A DNA stretch of 64,000 nucleotides from Anaerolineaceae bacterium. Its GTDB lineage: Bacteria; Chloroflexota; Anaerolineae; Anaerolineales; Anaerolineaceae. Of the stretch, positions 8,644 to 17,877 are shown in pieces; position 1 is the first letter of the stretch, and each line of letters opens with the position of its first letter. The translations under genes and the position numbers were made by a program. The DNA is taken from positions 8,686 through 72,685 of the forward strand of contig JAXGPH010000003.1 of NCBI GenBank assembly GCA_040767065.1, read 5' to 3'. The notes under the pieces were generated by a model that had not been told where the DNA came from, did no database searches, and saw nothing but the letters and a program-made list of their open reading frames with translations.

Positions 8644-11196
8644 ATGCAAGCTAATACCGGATCCTCTCAATTCAGCGCTGGACTTCCAGCAGAGTTTAAC
8701 CGTCTCAATCGCGCCATTTTGGTGGCAGACAGACCCCAAAGCTGGCAGCCTGCCATTGCGGACATGAACGCCTTCCTTTCGCAGCTGGAAACCTGGCTGG
8801 CTGAAAATCCTGCCGTAATCGGGGAAGACATTGTCACCTCCTCGCGCATTTTCAGCCTGCTCCTCACCCTGGCAGCCACTGGCACCCAGGGTCGACTGGA
8901 ACTCTTTCAGGCTAAGGATGAAGCAACGAAAGCAATCCGCGCTCAGATCGATGAGGAATATCTGCCTCGTTCAGGGGACATGCGCCGTAAGGCGATCGCG
9001 ATTGCCCGGGAATACCTGTGCAATCCCGTCTTTGCCAGCCTCTCGGAAGATATCCACTACGAAGTACTGCCTTTGCTTGAGAGCCTGGACGACAACCAAG
9101 ACCCGGACCGTTTTATGGCTTACCGCGTGATCCAGATCGGCAACATTTTTGAGCGGCTATTTGCTTTACGGTTGCGCACAGGGGATCCTGCCTTGCTGGG
9201 CTTGGCGGGCAAAAAAGGACTGCTACGGGAAATTTACGACCGCAAATATCTGCGCTTTGGCACTTCAGGCGTACGCGGTCGCTGGGGATTTGATTTCACT
9301 GAGACTCGCGCCCGACAAGTTGTGCAGGCAATATGTGACTTTTTGAATAACGAACATGTGCCTGCCTTTGTTGGCGCTGAAGATCTCTCTGGCAAAGTAG
9401 TTGTGCTTGGGCATGATACCCGCCGAAATTCAGACGTCGTCACCCAATGGACCGCGGAAACCTGCCTTGCCAATGGGTTCAAGGTGCATATCGGTACGCG
9501 CGACGTGCCCACCCCTGCCCTGGCTTTTTATGAGACCGAAGTGGTTCCGCCTGACGAAGTGGCAGGGTTGATCATCGCGACCGCCAGCCACAACCCTCCG
9601 GAGTGGCAGGGCATCAAGTTCAACCCCCGCCTGGGCTATCCCGCTCCTACCAATGTGACCGATTTCATTGCCTTCCGCATTAACGAACTCCAACTGATCG
9701 ACCACACTGGCGGACAAAGCGATGTCGAGAACGCCCGCGCGCGCGGGCTGGTGCAGGGATTTGACCCCCTTGATGATTACGTCAAATGGATCAAGAATAA
9801 CGGTAAGGGTAATGCTCGCATCCCGATCGATTTTGACCGCATCCGACGTTTCTTTGCTGACAAAATGGTAGTGGTGGATGAGATGCACGGCTCCGGGCGC
9901 GGCTATCTAACCCGTTTGCTCGGCGAAGCCGGCGTGCGCTTCACCGTGATCCATGCCAATGTCGACCCGGATCTGGGCGGGCAGGATTATGCCAACCCCG
10001 AGGAGCCTTTCAACCAGCTGCTCAAAGAGACAGTCGCCCAAACCGGCGCGCAGATCGGCATGGGCATGGACACTGATGCTGACCGTTTTGGGATTGTGGA
10101 CAAGGGCGGCGTTTACTTCAGACCCAACCAAATTCTGCCGATGCTGCTGCGCTATCTGGGCGTGGACCGCGGCATTACAGGACGTGTGATCGCCACCCAA
10201 ACCGGTTCCCCTCTGCTTGAAGTACTGGCAGGCATGATCCCGAATAATGATGCCAATAAGCCTGCAAAGGGCGCTCTGCCTGGATACGTCGGGCAGAGGA
10301 TTTACAAATGCAGGGTGGGTGATATAGCTTCGCGCAGCCTCCAAAATGCTTTTGCCGTACCTGTGGGGATCAAGTATATCGAGGAGATCCGCCGTACAGA
10401 TGCCGCGTATAACAACCTTAAGATCCTTCCGGATGATTGGCGCGACCGCATCCTGATTGGCGGCGAGGAATCCTCCGGTCTGACCACGCGCGGACACATC
10501 ACCGACAAGGACGGTCCCTGGGCTAACCTGCTGATTCTGGACATGCTCGCCTATTATGGTACCCGTGCTGAAAAACCGCTGGGCACGCTGCAGGAAATCT
10601 GGGACGAACTAGTTAATCTTCCCGGGCTTTGGCAATCCTATGGCACCTCCTCGGACCCCACCTCTCACGCTGGTCGCTCAGATGTGGACGCGCCGCTTGA
10701 GGCGAAAGAAGCCTTCATTGATTACTATCTTGACCTCCCGGAGCATGTTGGAAAGGACGGGTTGAAGATTGCCGGATTGAACATCGACTACCTCGGTGGG
10801 ATCCGCTATGAGCTGGTGGAAATGCAGCTAAGCGACCAAAGCGGCAACGACCACTATTACCTGCGCATGCGCGCCTCGGGCACCGAACCCATCAATCGTA
10901 TCTACATCGAAGCAGCCGACCTGCAAGTTGGGCAGCGTATGATGGCAGAAGTGCTTAACAAGTTGGAAGAAATCACCGCCGACACGCTGCGAAAGGCGCA
11001 TTCCCCGTGGCACCTGGTGGACATGCTGTGCCAATCGCGCTTGGGTGATCGTACAGAACAGGCTGTGCGAGAGGTGATCTCCAAGCAACAATGGAGCATG
11101 GCAGATATCCTCGCGAAAATCGATCTAATGACCCAAACCCTCGAAAAGCGCAATCGCAAGGTGATTCAAGCCTGGCACAAAGCTCTAAGCGCGTAA
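8644..11196 (+). CDS. 850-aa alpha-D-phosphohexomutase family protein with ~200-aa N-terminal and ~100-aa C-terminal extensions
   Basis: FGTSGVRGRW, TASHNPPEWQGIKFN, GMDTDADRFGIVD, GGEESSGL and RMRASGTEP are present, so all four PGM/PMM signature loops are intact. AAGGAG RBS. The N-terminal 200 aa have no motif I recognise. Confidence 0.8.
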   Translation: MQANTGSSQFSAGLPAEFNRLNRAILVADRPQSWQPAIADMNAFLSQLETWLAENPAVIGEDIVTSSRIFSLLLTLAATGTQGRLELFQAKDEATKAIRAQIDEEYLPRSGDMRRKAIAIAREYLCNPVFASLSEDIHYEVLPLLESLDDNQDPDRFMAYRVIQIGNIFERLFALRLRTGDPALLGLAGKKGLLREIYDRKYLRFGTSGVRGRWGFDFTETRARQVVQAICDFLNNEHVPAFVGAEDLSGKVVVLGHDTRRNSDVVTQWTAETCLANGFKVHIGTRDVPTPALAFYETEVVPPDEVAGLIIATASHNPPEWQGIKFNPRLGYPAPTNVTDFIAFRINELQLIDHTGGQSDVENARARGLVQGFDPLDDYVKWIKNNGKGNARIPIDFDRIRRFFADKMVVVDEMHGSGRGYLTRLLGEAGVRFTVIHANVDPDLGGQDYANPEEPFNQLLKETVAQTGAQIGMGMDTDADRFGIVDKGGVYFRPNQILPMLLRYLGVDRGITGRVIATQTGSPLLEVLAGMIPNNDANKPAKGALPGYVGQRIYKCRVGDIASRSLQNAFAVPVGIKYIEEIRRTDAAYNNLKILPDDWRDRILIGGEESSGLTTRGHITDKDGPWANLLILDMLAYYGTRAEKPLGTLQEIWDELVNLPGLWQSYGTSSDPTSHAGRSDVDAPLEAKEAFIDYYLDLPEHVGKDGLKIAGLNIDYLGGIRYELVEMQLSDQSGNDHYYLRMRASGTEPINRIYIEAADLQVGQRMMAEVLNKLEEITADTLRKAHSPWHLVDMLCQSRLGDRTEQAVREVISKQQWSMADILAKIDLMTQTLEKRNRKVIQAWHKALSA

Positions 11197-11212
11197 CAAA
11201 TGTAAGAACTGG

Positions 11213-11240
11213 CAACCCCGGGATATTCCCGGGGTTGTCT
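11213..11240 (+). terminator. hairpin after the phosphohexomutase gene
   Basis: caaccccggg-atattc-ccggggttg followed by tcttt. The T-tract is weak. Confidence 0.45.
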
Positions 11241-11270
11241 TTAAGAGATAATACAACTTGCAAAAATTTT

Positions 11271-11327
11271 TGTACTTGTACGAACTTGTACGAACGTATT
11301 GTACGATCGTATGTACGATCGTATTGC
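11271..11327. promoter_or_regulatory. operator-like cluster of TGTAC repeats upstream of degV
   Basis: TGTAC occurs at 11271, 11277, 11287, 11300 and 11312. There are two direct cttgtacgaa copies and two perfect 10-bp palindromes TACGATCGTA at 11302-11311 and 11314-11323 (12-bp period). Confidence 0.4.
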
Positions 11328-11433
11328 TTTCAATGCTTTTTTAAACTATAATTCACACAAGTAGGCGGCTAAAAGTACTACCTATTTTGTGAGTATTTAA
11401 TCCACTAGCCATCCCGAGCACAAAGAGGTCAAA

Positions 11434-12297
11434 ATGAAAATAGTTACAGACAGTGGTGCTGACATCGCATATGAAGAATGTGAATCACTCGGAATCACTA
11501 TGCTTCCGTTGAAAGTAGAAGTAAATGGCGTATCCTATCAATCGGGTATAGACATTGATCCGGATAAGTTTTATGACCTGATGGATGCAAGTCCAACCAT
11601 GCCGATCACCTCCACCCCATCTGTAGGTGAATTTGTGGAAGTCTATCAACGCCTCGCTAGGGAAGATCCAGAAATTCTCTCGATCCACCTTTCTTCCGGC
11701 CTGAGCGGCACGTTCAATACCGCGGTCCAGGCAGCAGCGATGGTACCTGAAGCCAAAATCACCCTGATCGACACGCTCACACTGTCCGCAGGCACTGCCT
11801 GGCAATTACGCGCCGCCTCTGCAATGATGAAAGCCGGGCATCAGTTGAAAGAAGTTGTCGACGTTCTGCAGCAGATCCAGGACGCATCTGTGACTTTCTT
11901 TACCCTGCCCGATTTGAAATATTTGATCGCTGGAGGTCGCATTAGCCATCTGAAAGGTTTGCTGGCTTCACTGCTGGGCATAAAGCCAGTGATCGAAGTC
12001 AGCAAGGTAGACGGCAAATACTACGATAAAAGCAAAAAACGCTCCTTTTCGCAGGCTATCAATGCCATCACCGAACTGGTACGGAAGATTCATCCTGCAG
12101 GTACCGAGCTTAAGGCACAAATCGTTACGGCAGCCAACCCCACTGGCGCTGAGCAGTTAAAAGTTTCAATGGATAAAGTCTTTAAATGTCATTGGGAGCC
12201 AACGGTCACTCTTGGAACCGCTCTTGGAGCTCATACTGGTCGGGGTTTGGTAGGCATTGTCTGTGCCGCCACATCAGCTCTACCCGCGATAAGTTAG
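11434..12297 (+). CDS. DegV family fatty-acid-binding protein
   Basis: MKIVTDSGADI start and overall DegV architecture (SSGLSGTFN, GGRISHLKG). RBS agagg. Confidence 0.85.
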   Translation: MKIVTDSGADIAYEECESLGITMLPLKVEVNGVSYQSGIDIDPDKFYDLMDASPTMPITSTPSVGEFVEVYQRLAREDPEILSIHLSSGLSGTFNTAVQAAAMVPEAKITLIDTLTLSAGTAWQLRAASAMMKAGHQLKEVVDVLQQIQDASVTFFTLPDLKYLIAGGRISHLKGLLASLLGIKPVIEVSKVDGKYYDKSKKRSFSQAINAITELVRKIHPAGTELKAQIVTAANPTGAEQLKVSMDKVFKCHWEPTVTLGTALGAHTGRGLVGIVCAATSALPAIS

Positions 12298-12319
12298 GAA
12301 ATTTATTCAGAGATGAAAA

Positions 12320-12347
12320 CAGCCCTGTCACCCAGGGCTGTTTTTTT
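12320..12347 (+). terminator. intrinsic terminator after degV
   Basis: cagccctg-tcac-ccagggctg followed by a T7 run. Confidence 0.7.
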
Positions 12348-12348
12348 G

Positions 12349-13775
12349 GTGCGCCCAGCATGGGCGCTGGCTGGAGGGTGAAAGACCATTACGGAGGGTT
12401 GTTGTGCCAACCGTCAGCCAAAGGCAAGGGCATGGAGGAAGCTGAAGCCAACCCTGTGGCTTGAAGGACATGAAGCCGATCAGAGGCTGTGCGGCTGGGC
12501 GAGTTGGCAAATAACAACGAAGCCCAATGCGGCCAAGAGCCAAAGCAGTAAATAGGGCAGGAGTGCAGGGAAAGTCAGCATGCTTACCTGGGGAGGTCTG
12601 CCATCGTTTTGGAAAGTAACCCTGTTTGAGAGGACAGGCTGAGGTGGCAGAAGTCGCTCGAGGCCATAGTACCAAGAGTTTTTTGGGAAGGGCCGAACAG
12701 TGAGAGGATGAGTACAGAGAGCAGTCCATGGGATGAGCGAGAAGACAGAAACCACTGACAGAGGGCTATCGAACAAACGAAGCAGGTGAAACCTACGCGC
12801 GGGATTTGATCGGAGCGTCGAGCCGTTCCCTACAACAATCATCCGCCACAACCCAACCAAACGGAACGGCGCGAGGCCGTTCCTACAATAATCATCCGCC
12901 ACGAGCAAGCGGAACAGCGAGAATATCCACCTTAGCTTTATGCCCTTATCGTTTTCGTAGGGAAGGGCTTGACCCCTTCTCAGCAGCATAGCCAAACCGC
13001 GGAACGGCGCAGGGATATCCACCTTGGCTTGGTTGTTTTCGTAGGGGAGGGCTTGACTCCTTCTCCAACATGGCCAAACGGAACGGCGCGAGGATGTCCG
13101 CCTTGGCGGAATTGTTTTCGTAGGGAAGGGGCTTATTTTCTCATTATGGCCAAGCGGAACGGCGCAAGGCCGTTCCTAACAATCATCCGCCACAACCAAA
13201 CGGAACGGCGCAGGCCGTTCCCTACAATGGTCTTATAGTTTCCGCTGTGTATACGGTTAACCACAGGGGGTTATCCCTACACCTGGAAGTTTGAGGAGCA
13301 GATCGCCACGCAAAGAAGCTCGCGATGACGGATTCAGGCCAGATCGCTACGCAACAGAAATATCACCACAGCCAGATCAGCATAAAGGAAAGAATCCCCG
13401 TAGGCCAGATGAGACCGCCCCGCGGCCTTACTCTCATCCAATCGTGCGGCTCAGTCGGCGCAATTCGCCGATAAACATTTTCCATGTCGAAAAAGGCAGA
13501 TCGCCGTACCCTGCTTCGCGGGCACAGGCGCAAAAGAGGCTCGCGATGCCGGATTGCCCCTACACCTGGGAGTTTGAATTCACCCATAACACAATCCAGT
13601 CAACACAATCTGGGGTTACCCCTACAATATGAGACCTGGCGGTCAACTGCCTCGCACGGTCTGGAGACCGGCGAGAACAAAGGTGTTGTATTCTGGTAGG
13701 GGCAGACCCCTGTGTCTGCCCTGAAGACCGTAAAAAATCACCCTGGATAATGTGTAAACAATCATACCTGTTTAA
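12349..13775 (-). repeat. mosaic non-coding repeat block 1 (module X, hairpin-unit array, GGGCAGAC-type palindromes)
   Basis: 12349-12830 is near-identical to the reverse complement of 60290-60620. 12830-13255 holds about 5 units with the hairpin GGAACGGC-N5-GCCGTTCC flanked by TGTAGGG/CCCTAC. 13690-13775 matches 59690-59770 in reverse. ORFs here are open in several frames and track the repeats. Confidence 0.7.
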
Positions 13776-14173
13776 ACAGATTACCTTCCCCAATGTGTTA
13801 CTACAATGAAAAGTTTGAGGAATGAACGAACAAGGTAGAAACTCTTGGATAAGGAGACGGCGAACAGACAAAACAGGTGAAGTCTGTGGAAGAGGACAGG
13901 CCGCCGAGCTGTTCCTGGCACACGGCATTGGAAAATCCGCGCTGCAAACCAACTGCGTTCTCATTGAACCGCCGCTCCCTCCTCGATTGTTATTCAAGGT
14001 GAGATCCAGCAACCAGATTTATGCTTTATCTTCTTGGAAAGGGATTTTTGGGTTTCGCCGGGTGCGGAAAAACTGCCTGGTCAGCAAGACATCCGTCACG
14101 GGAATTTCGGAAGTCAGTATTGCCCATCAACTTTAACACTCGGCAATCTCGAATTTTCAAATGCTTTGGAAGA

Positions 14174-14993
14174 TCAACTACGCCTCAGAGAGTTCCCCAC
14201 CCACTGCCACCTTTCCGGTTTCGCGTCGATATCCAATAACTGCTCCAGTAGACGAGAAAAGTGGGATGGATCTCCACTGGTGAGATAACGGTGGGCTGGA
14301 TCAGTGCTGGAAGACCGGAGGAGATTATGCTGCATCAGAACACGCTCGGTCTGCCGGGCAATGGCAGGCGCTGGATCGATCACACGCACACCCTCTCCAG
14401 CAATTTGCTGGATCAGCGGAATGACAAAGGGGAAATGTGTGCATCCCATCACGAGCGTATCAACGCCTTCGGCAAGCATCGGCTGCAAGGCTTGCTGCAG
14501 GATTCGGCGGGTCAGGGGTGTCTGGAGGTAACCGCGTTCTATCTGTGTCACAAGTCCCGGGCAAGGTTGCCTCAAAGATCTGAACGTCCTTGGCAAAGCG
14601 TTCCACCACCGAGGCATACAATTCCCCCTGAAAAGTGGATGGAGTCGCCAGCACGCCCACCTTGCCGCTCAGGGTTTGCTCTGCGGCTGGTTTGACAGCC
14701 GGCTCCATGCCTACGAAGGGAAATTCCGGGTAGAGAGCGCGCAAGTACTTGAGTGCGGCAGCTGAAGCGGTGTTGCAGGCGATGACGATCAGTTTTGCGC
14801 CCTGATTCATCATCATGCGGGTGACCCCTTCAGCGAGTTGGCGCACCTCTTCCAGGGACGTTCGCCGCCAAGGCCATACAGCGATACCGTCATGGCGTGG
14901 ATTCGCCGTTAACTGGCTGTGGAGAGCGCGCAGCACTGAAAGCCCACCGACCCCTGAATCGTAAACGCCAATCGGCGCTTCTATGTTGGTCAT
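14174..14993 (-). pseudogene. murI: glutamate racemase MurI, reading frame broken by one extra nucleotide (possibly a sequencing artefact)
   Basis: The N-terminal ORF has GVYDSGVGGLSVL and IVIACNTASA. The C-terminal ORF has QPCPGLVTQIERG and LVMGCTHFPF. The frames join if one G is removed from the gagg at about 14578-14581. Length 820 nt minus 1 gives 273 codons. Confidence 0.8.
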
Positions 14994-15046
14994 GGGCTTA
15001 TTTTAGCATGCTGTTGAAGCAGCGGCGGGTTGTAATAAAACCTCTT

Positions 15047-15769
15047 TTAGCGTGTCGATCCGCTTGCTTCCACAAAAGCTTTGAAGATCCGCTGCATTGG
15101 CTCCGAATCGGGCAGCCACTCCGGATGCCACTGAACGCTCAGCACGAAGTGTTTGCCGGGTATCTCCAGCGCTTCAATCACCCCATCGGGGGCTGTTGCC
15201 ACAACTTTCAACCCCTCCCCAAGATCCTTAACGGATTGGTGGTGCAGGCTGTTCACCATAAATTCTGTGCCGCCCATGATATCTGCCAGGCGGCTGCCTT
15301 TTTCCACCCGAACAGAATGGGAAAGCCGGCTGCGCTTATAACCCGGCCACCACTGGTGCCGGCCAGCTTCCGGCAGCATGCTGGGGATATCCACCACAAG
15401 GTTGCCGCCCAAAGCCACGTTGAGGACTTGCTGCCCGCGGCAGATCCCCAGGATTGCCTTGTTCATTGTCACTGCCTGCCGGCAAAGCGCCAGTTCGAAC
15501 TGATCGCGTTCGCGATCGATTCCATCTATGCTTGGATGCAATTCCCCGCCGAAGAAATCCGGGTGGATATCCCCACCGCCAGAGATAAACAGCCCATCAA
15601 ATTCGCGCATAACTTCAGGGATGGCATCCAGCGGCAAAGCAGCAGGCAAAAGATACGGTCTGCCGCCGGCAGCAAGAATGGCGCGAACCAATTCCTCTCT
15701 GGACGAATAAGCGGGTGTGCTCCCTGGTTTTTGAATGCGAAAGGCGGTGAGGGCAATGCGAGGTATCAT
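15047..15769 (-). CDS. gamma-glutamyl-gamma-aminobutyrate hydrolase family / class I glutamine amidotransferase (peptidase C26)
   Basis: The nucleophile elbow GICRGQQVLNVALGG, plus HHQ and WHPE motifs. Confidence 0.8.
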   Translation of the reverse strand: MIPRIALTAFRIQKPGSTPAYSSREELVRAILAAGGRPYLLPAALPLDAIPEVMREFDGLFISGGGDIHPDFFGGELHPSIDGIDRERDQFELALCRQAVTMNKAILGICRGQQVLNVALGGNLVVDIPSMLPEAGRHQWWPGYKRSRLSHSVRVEKGSRLADIMGGTEFMVNSLHHQSVKDLGEGLKVVATAPDGVIEALEIPGKHFVLSVQWHPEWLPDSEPMQRIFKAFVEASGSTR

Positions 15770-15858
15770 GAGGTTCTCCGGAATGGTTAAATGTAAAAGC
15801 CCTCCCGTCTGGTGAGAAAACGGGGAAGGCTTTTAAAGTGCAGTGAAAATAACGCGGT

Positions 15859-16208
15859 TTAGAAACGCTGCTTCAGGCGAGCGCTCTTGCCGGTGCGTTC
15901 GCGCAGGAAGTACAAGCGGGCGCGGCGGACTTTGTTGTGGCGTTCAACCACCACTTTCGCAATGCGGGGCGAATTGAAGAGAAAGGTGCGCTCCACGCCG
16001 ATACCATTGCTGGCAACACGGCGGACGGTGAAAGTGCCGTCGTTGGCATTGCCGCGGACATAAGCACCACACCCTTGAATTCCTGGATGCGTTCGCGATC
16101 GCCTTCTTTAATGATTGTGTGTACGCTGACGGTATCGCCGGGGAACAAATCCGGGATATTAGCATTTTTCTCAGCTTCGACAGATTTCAATAATTCTGTG
16201 TGGTTCAT
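15859..16208 (-). pseudogene. rplS: 50S ribosomal protein L19, reading frame broken by one missing nucleotide (possibly a sequencing artefact)
   Basis: The N-terminus [32 protein letters not shown] is in one frame. The C-terminus [66 protein letters not shown] is in another, ending at the TAA at 15859-15861. The junction is near 16060-16070. 350 nt plus 1 gives 117 codons. Confidence 0.8.
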
Positions 16209-16333
16209 AATAACTTCCCTTCAAGTACTTACGCAAGATAAGCGCCTCAACCTGCTCGAGACGCGGACGATTAGTATATCACAATAATTTGCGAATTTGT
16301 CAAATTGCCTTGACAAATTGCCTTGACACAAGA

Positions 16334-16590
16334 TGAATTGACAGGGACTAATGGTTCTTTCAAAAATATCAAATTGGTATGGTTGACCGCATTTCGTCTG
16401 GTCCAAATGGCAGGCACGGGGGCCTGCCACTACGCCGGCACGGGGATCGGGCAAATACAACCATTCTGTGAAGCAAAGATCCAAGCAAGCTGCGGTTGTC
16501 TCTTCCAAATCAGAGAGTCCAAACTCGTTGCCGCCTGCTTATGACCACCCCTGGAGGACCGATGGAAAAAAGATAAATGGCAAACCTGTG
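16334..16590 (+). repeat. family-B intergenic element, copy B1 (about 1.5 internal 23-24 bp units)
   Basis: Starts tgaattgacagggactaatggttctttcaaaaatatcaaattggtatggttgaccg. Near-identical to the reverse complement of 36832-37205 and similar to 26568-26919. It contains the hairpin tggcaggc-acgggg-gcctgcca. Confidence 0.6.
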
Positions 16591-16725
16591 CCGATCCATT
16601 GCAAACCTACCTGAAGTAAAGTTTTCTATCGAGGCACTACCAGGTTGATATCAATAAAATGCCTCCAAATACTATATGGAATTAATTAGCGGGTAAAATA
16701 AGCCTGAATTCGAGAAGGAATGCTG

Positions 16726-17877
16726 ATGGAATACAGAAAATTTGGAAATTTGGATCTGAAGGTATCCGCATTGGGGTTTGGCTGCATGCGCTTGCCCGTG
16801 ATTGACGCTGAAAGCGGAAAGATCGATGAACCCCTTGCAACAGCCATGCTGCGGAAGGCAATAGACCAGGGCTTGAATTATGTGGACACTGCCTGGTCCT
16901 ATCACCTCGAGCATAGTGAGCCATTTGTGGGACGCGTGCTTAAGGATGGGTATCGGGAGAAGGTTTTTTTGGCGACCAAAATGCCATCCTGGCTGGTTAA
17001 ATCCCAGGAGGACCTGGAACGTTTCTTCACCACACAGCTTGAGCGTCTTCAGACAGATCACCTCGATTTTTACCTGCTACACGCACTCAATGCGGGCTAT
17101 TGGGACAATTACCTCAAAGTCAAAGTTTTCGATTGGGCTGAACGGAAGTTGTCCGCCGGGCAAATTTGCCACTTGGGGTTTTCATTCCATGACCGCTACG
17201 AGGTTTTCAAACAGATCCTGAACGGCTATGATCATTGGGATTTCTGTCAGTTGCAGTACAACTACATGGACGTCAACGAGCAGGCTGGAAGACGAGGTCT
17301 GCTTGAGGCGGCTGAAAAAGGGCTGGGGGTGATCGTGATGGAACCGCTGCGAGGCGGTAAATTGGCGGTGCAGAATCCACCAGTACAGGTAGCTGAAGCC
17401 TTCAGCCAGAGCCAACGTGATTGGACTATGGCAGAATGGGCTTTGCAATGGCTATGGAATCAACCGGAGGTATCTGTAGTGCTCTCAGGAATGTCCACCA
17501 TGGAGCAGGTGGAGCAAAACCTCCAATCTGCCTCCCGTTCCGGTATTGGAAGCCTCAACGCGGATGATTTGGCAACGATCAGCCGCGTGCAACAAGCCTG
17601 GTCGGGATTGGCGCCGGTGCCCTGCACAAGCTGTGAGTATTGCATGCCTTGCCCGAACGGTGTCCAAATTCCGCGCATTTTCAAACTTTACAACGAATCG
17701 GTCATGTATAACCGTCAGGGTCGCGGACGAGATGCTTATCGGAACGACTTTACAGACGATCAGAGAGCGGATATGTGCGTTGAGTGTGGTCAATGTGAGA
17801 GCCTTTGCCCGCAAAATATTCAGATCATTCAACTGTTAAAAGATGCACACGCCTATCTGACAGAGGAGAGCGTTTGA
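16726..17877 (+). CDS. aldo/keto reductase fused to a C-terminal 4Fe-4S ferredoxin-type domain
   Basis: AKR N-terminus MEYRKFGNLDLKVSALGFGCMRLP. C-terminal Cys clusters CTSCEYCMPCP and CVECGQCESLCP. The ATG at 16726 is better spaced from the GAAGGA RBS than the ATG at 16720. Confidence 0.85.
   Translation: MEYRKFGNLDLKVSALGFGCMRLPVIDAESGKIDEPLATAMLRKAIDQGLNYVDTAWSYHLEHSEPFVGRVLKDGYREKVFLATKMPSWLVKSQEDLERFFTTQLERLQTDHLDFYLLHALNAGYWDNYLKVKVFDWAERKLSAGQICHLGFSFHDRYEVFKQILNGYDHWDFCQLQYNYMDVNEQAGRRGLLEAAEKGLGVIVMEPLRGGKLAVQNPPVQVAEAFSQSQRDWTMAEWALQWLWNQPEVSVVLSGMSTMEQVEQNLQSASRSGIGSLNADDLATISRVQQAWSGLAPVPCTSCEYCMPCPNGVQIPRIFKLYNESVMYNRQGRGRDAYRNDFTDDQRADMCVECGQCESLCPQNIQIIQLLKDAHAYLTEESV

Noticed and set aside
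12349-12830. Purine-rich motifs in module X resembling RNase P RNA conserved regions (gggtgaaag, atagggcagg, ggaaagtc, acagagagca).
   Set aside because: The motifs are not colinear with the RNase P order on either strand, and the module is multi-copy. I treat the resemblance as chance.
13291-14170. Several 70-150-aa ORFs between repeat block 1 and murI (for example 13291..13632, 13560..14012 and 13822..14136).
   Set aside because: They run through short dispersed repeats (gctcgcgatg.cggatt, cctacacctgg.agtttga, GGGCAGAC hairpin) and have Arg/Pro/Ser-rich junk-like composition with no family resemblance.
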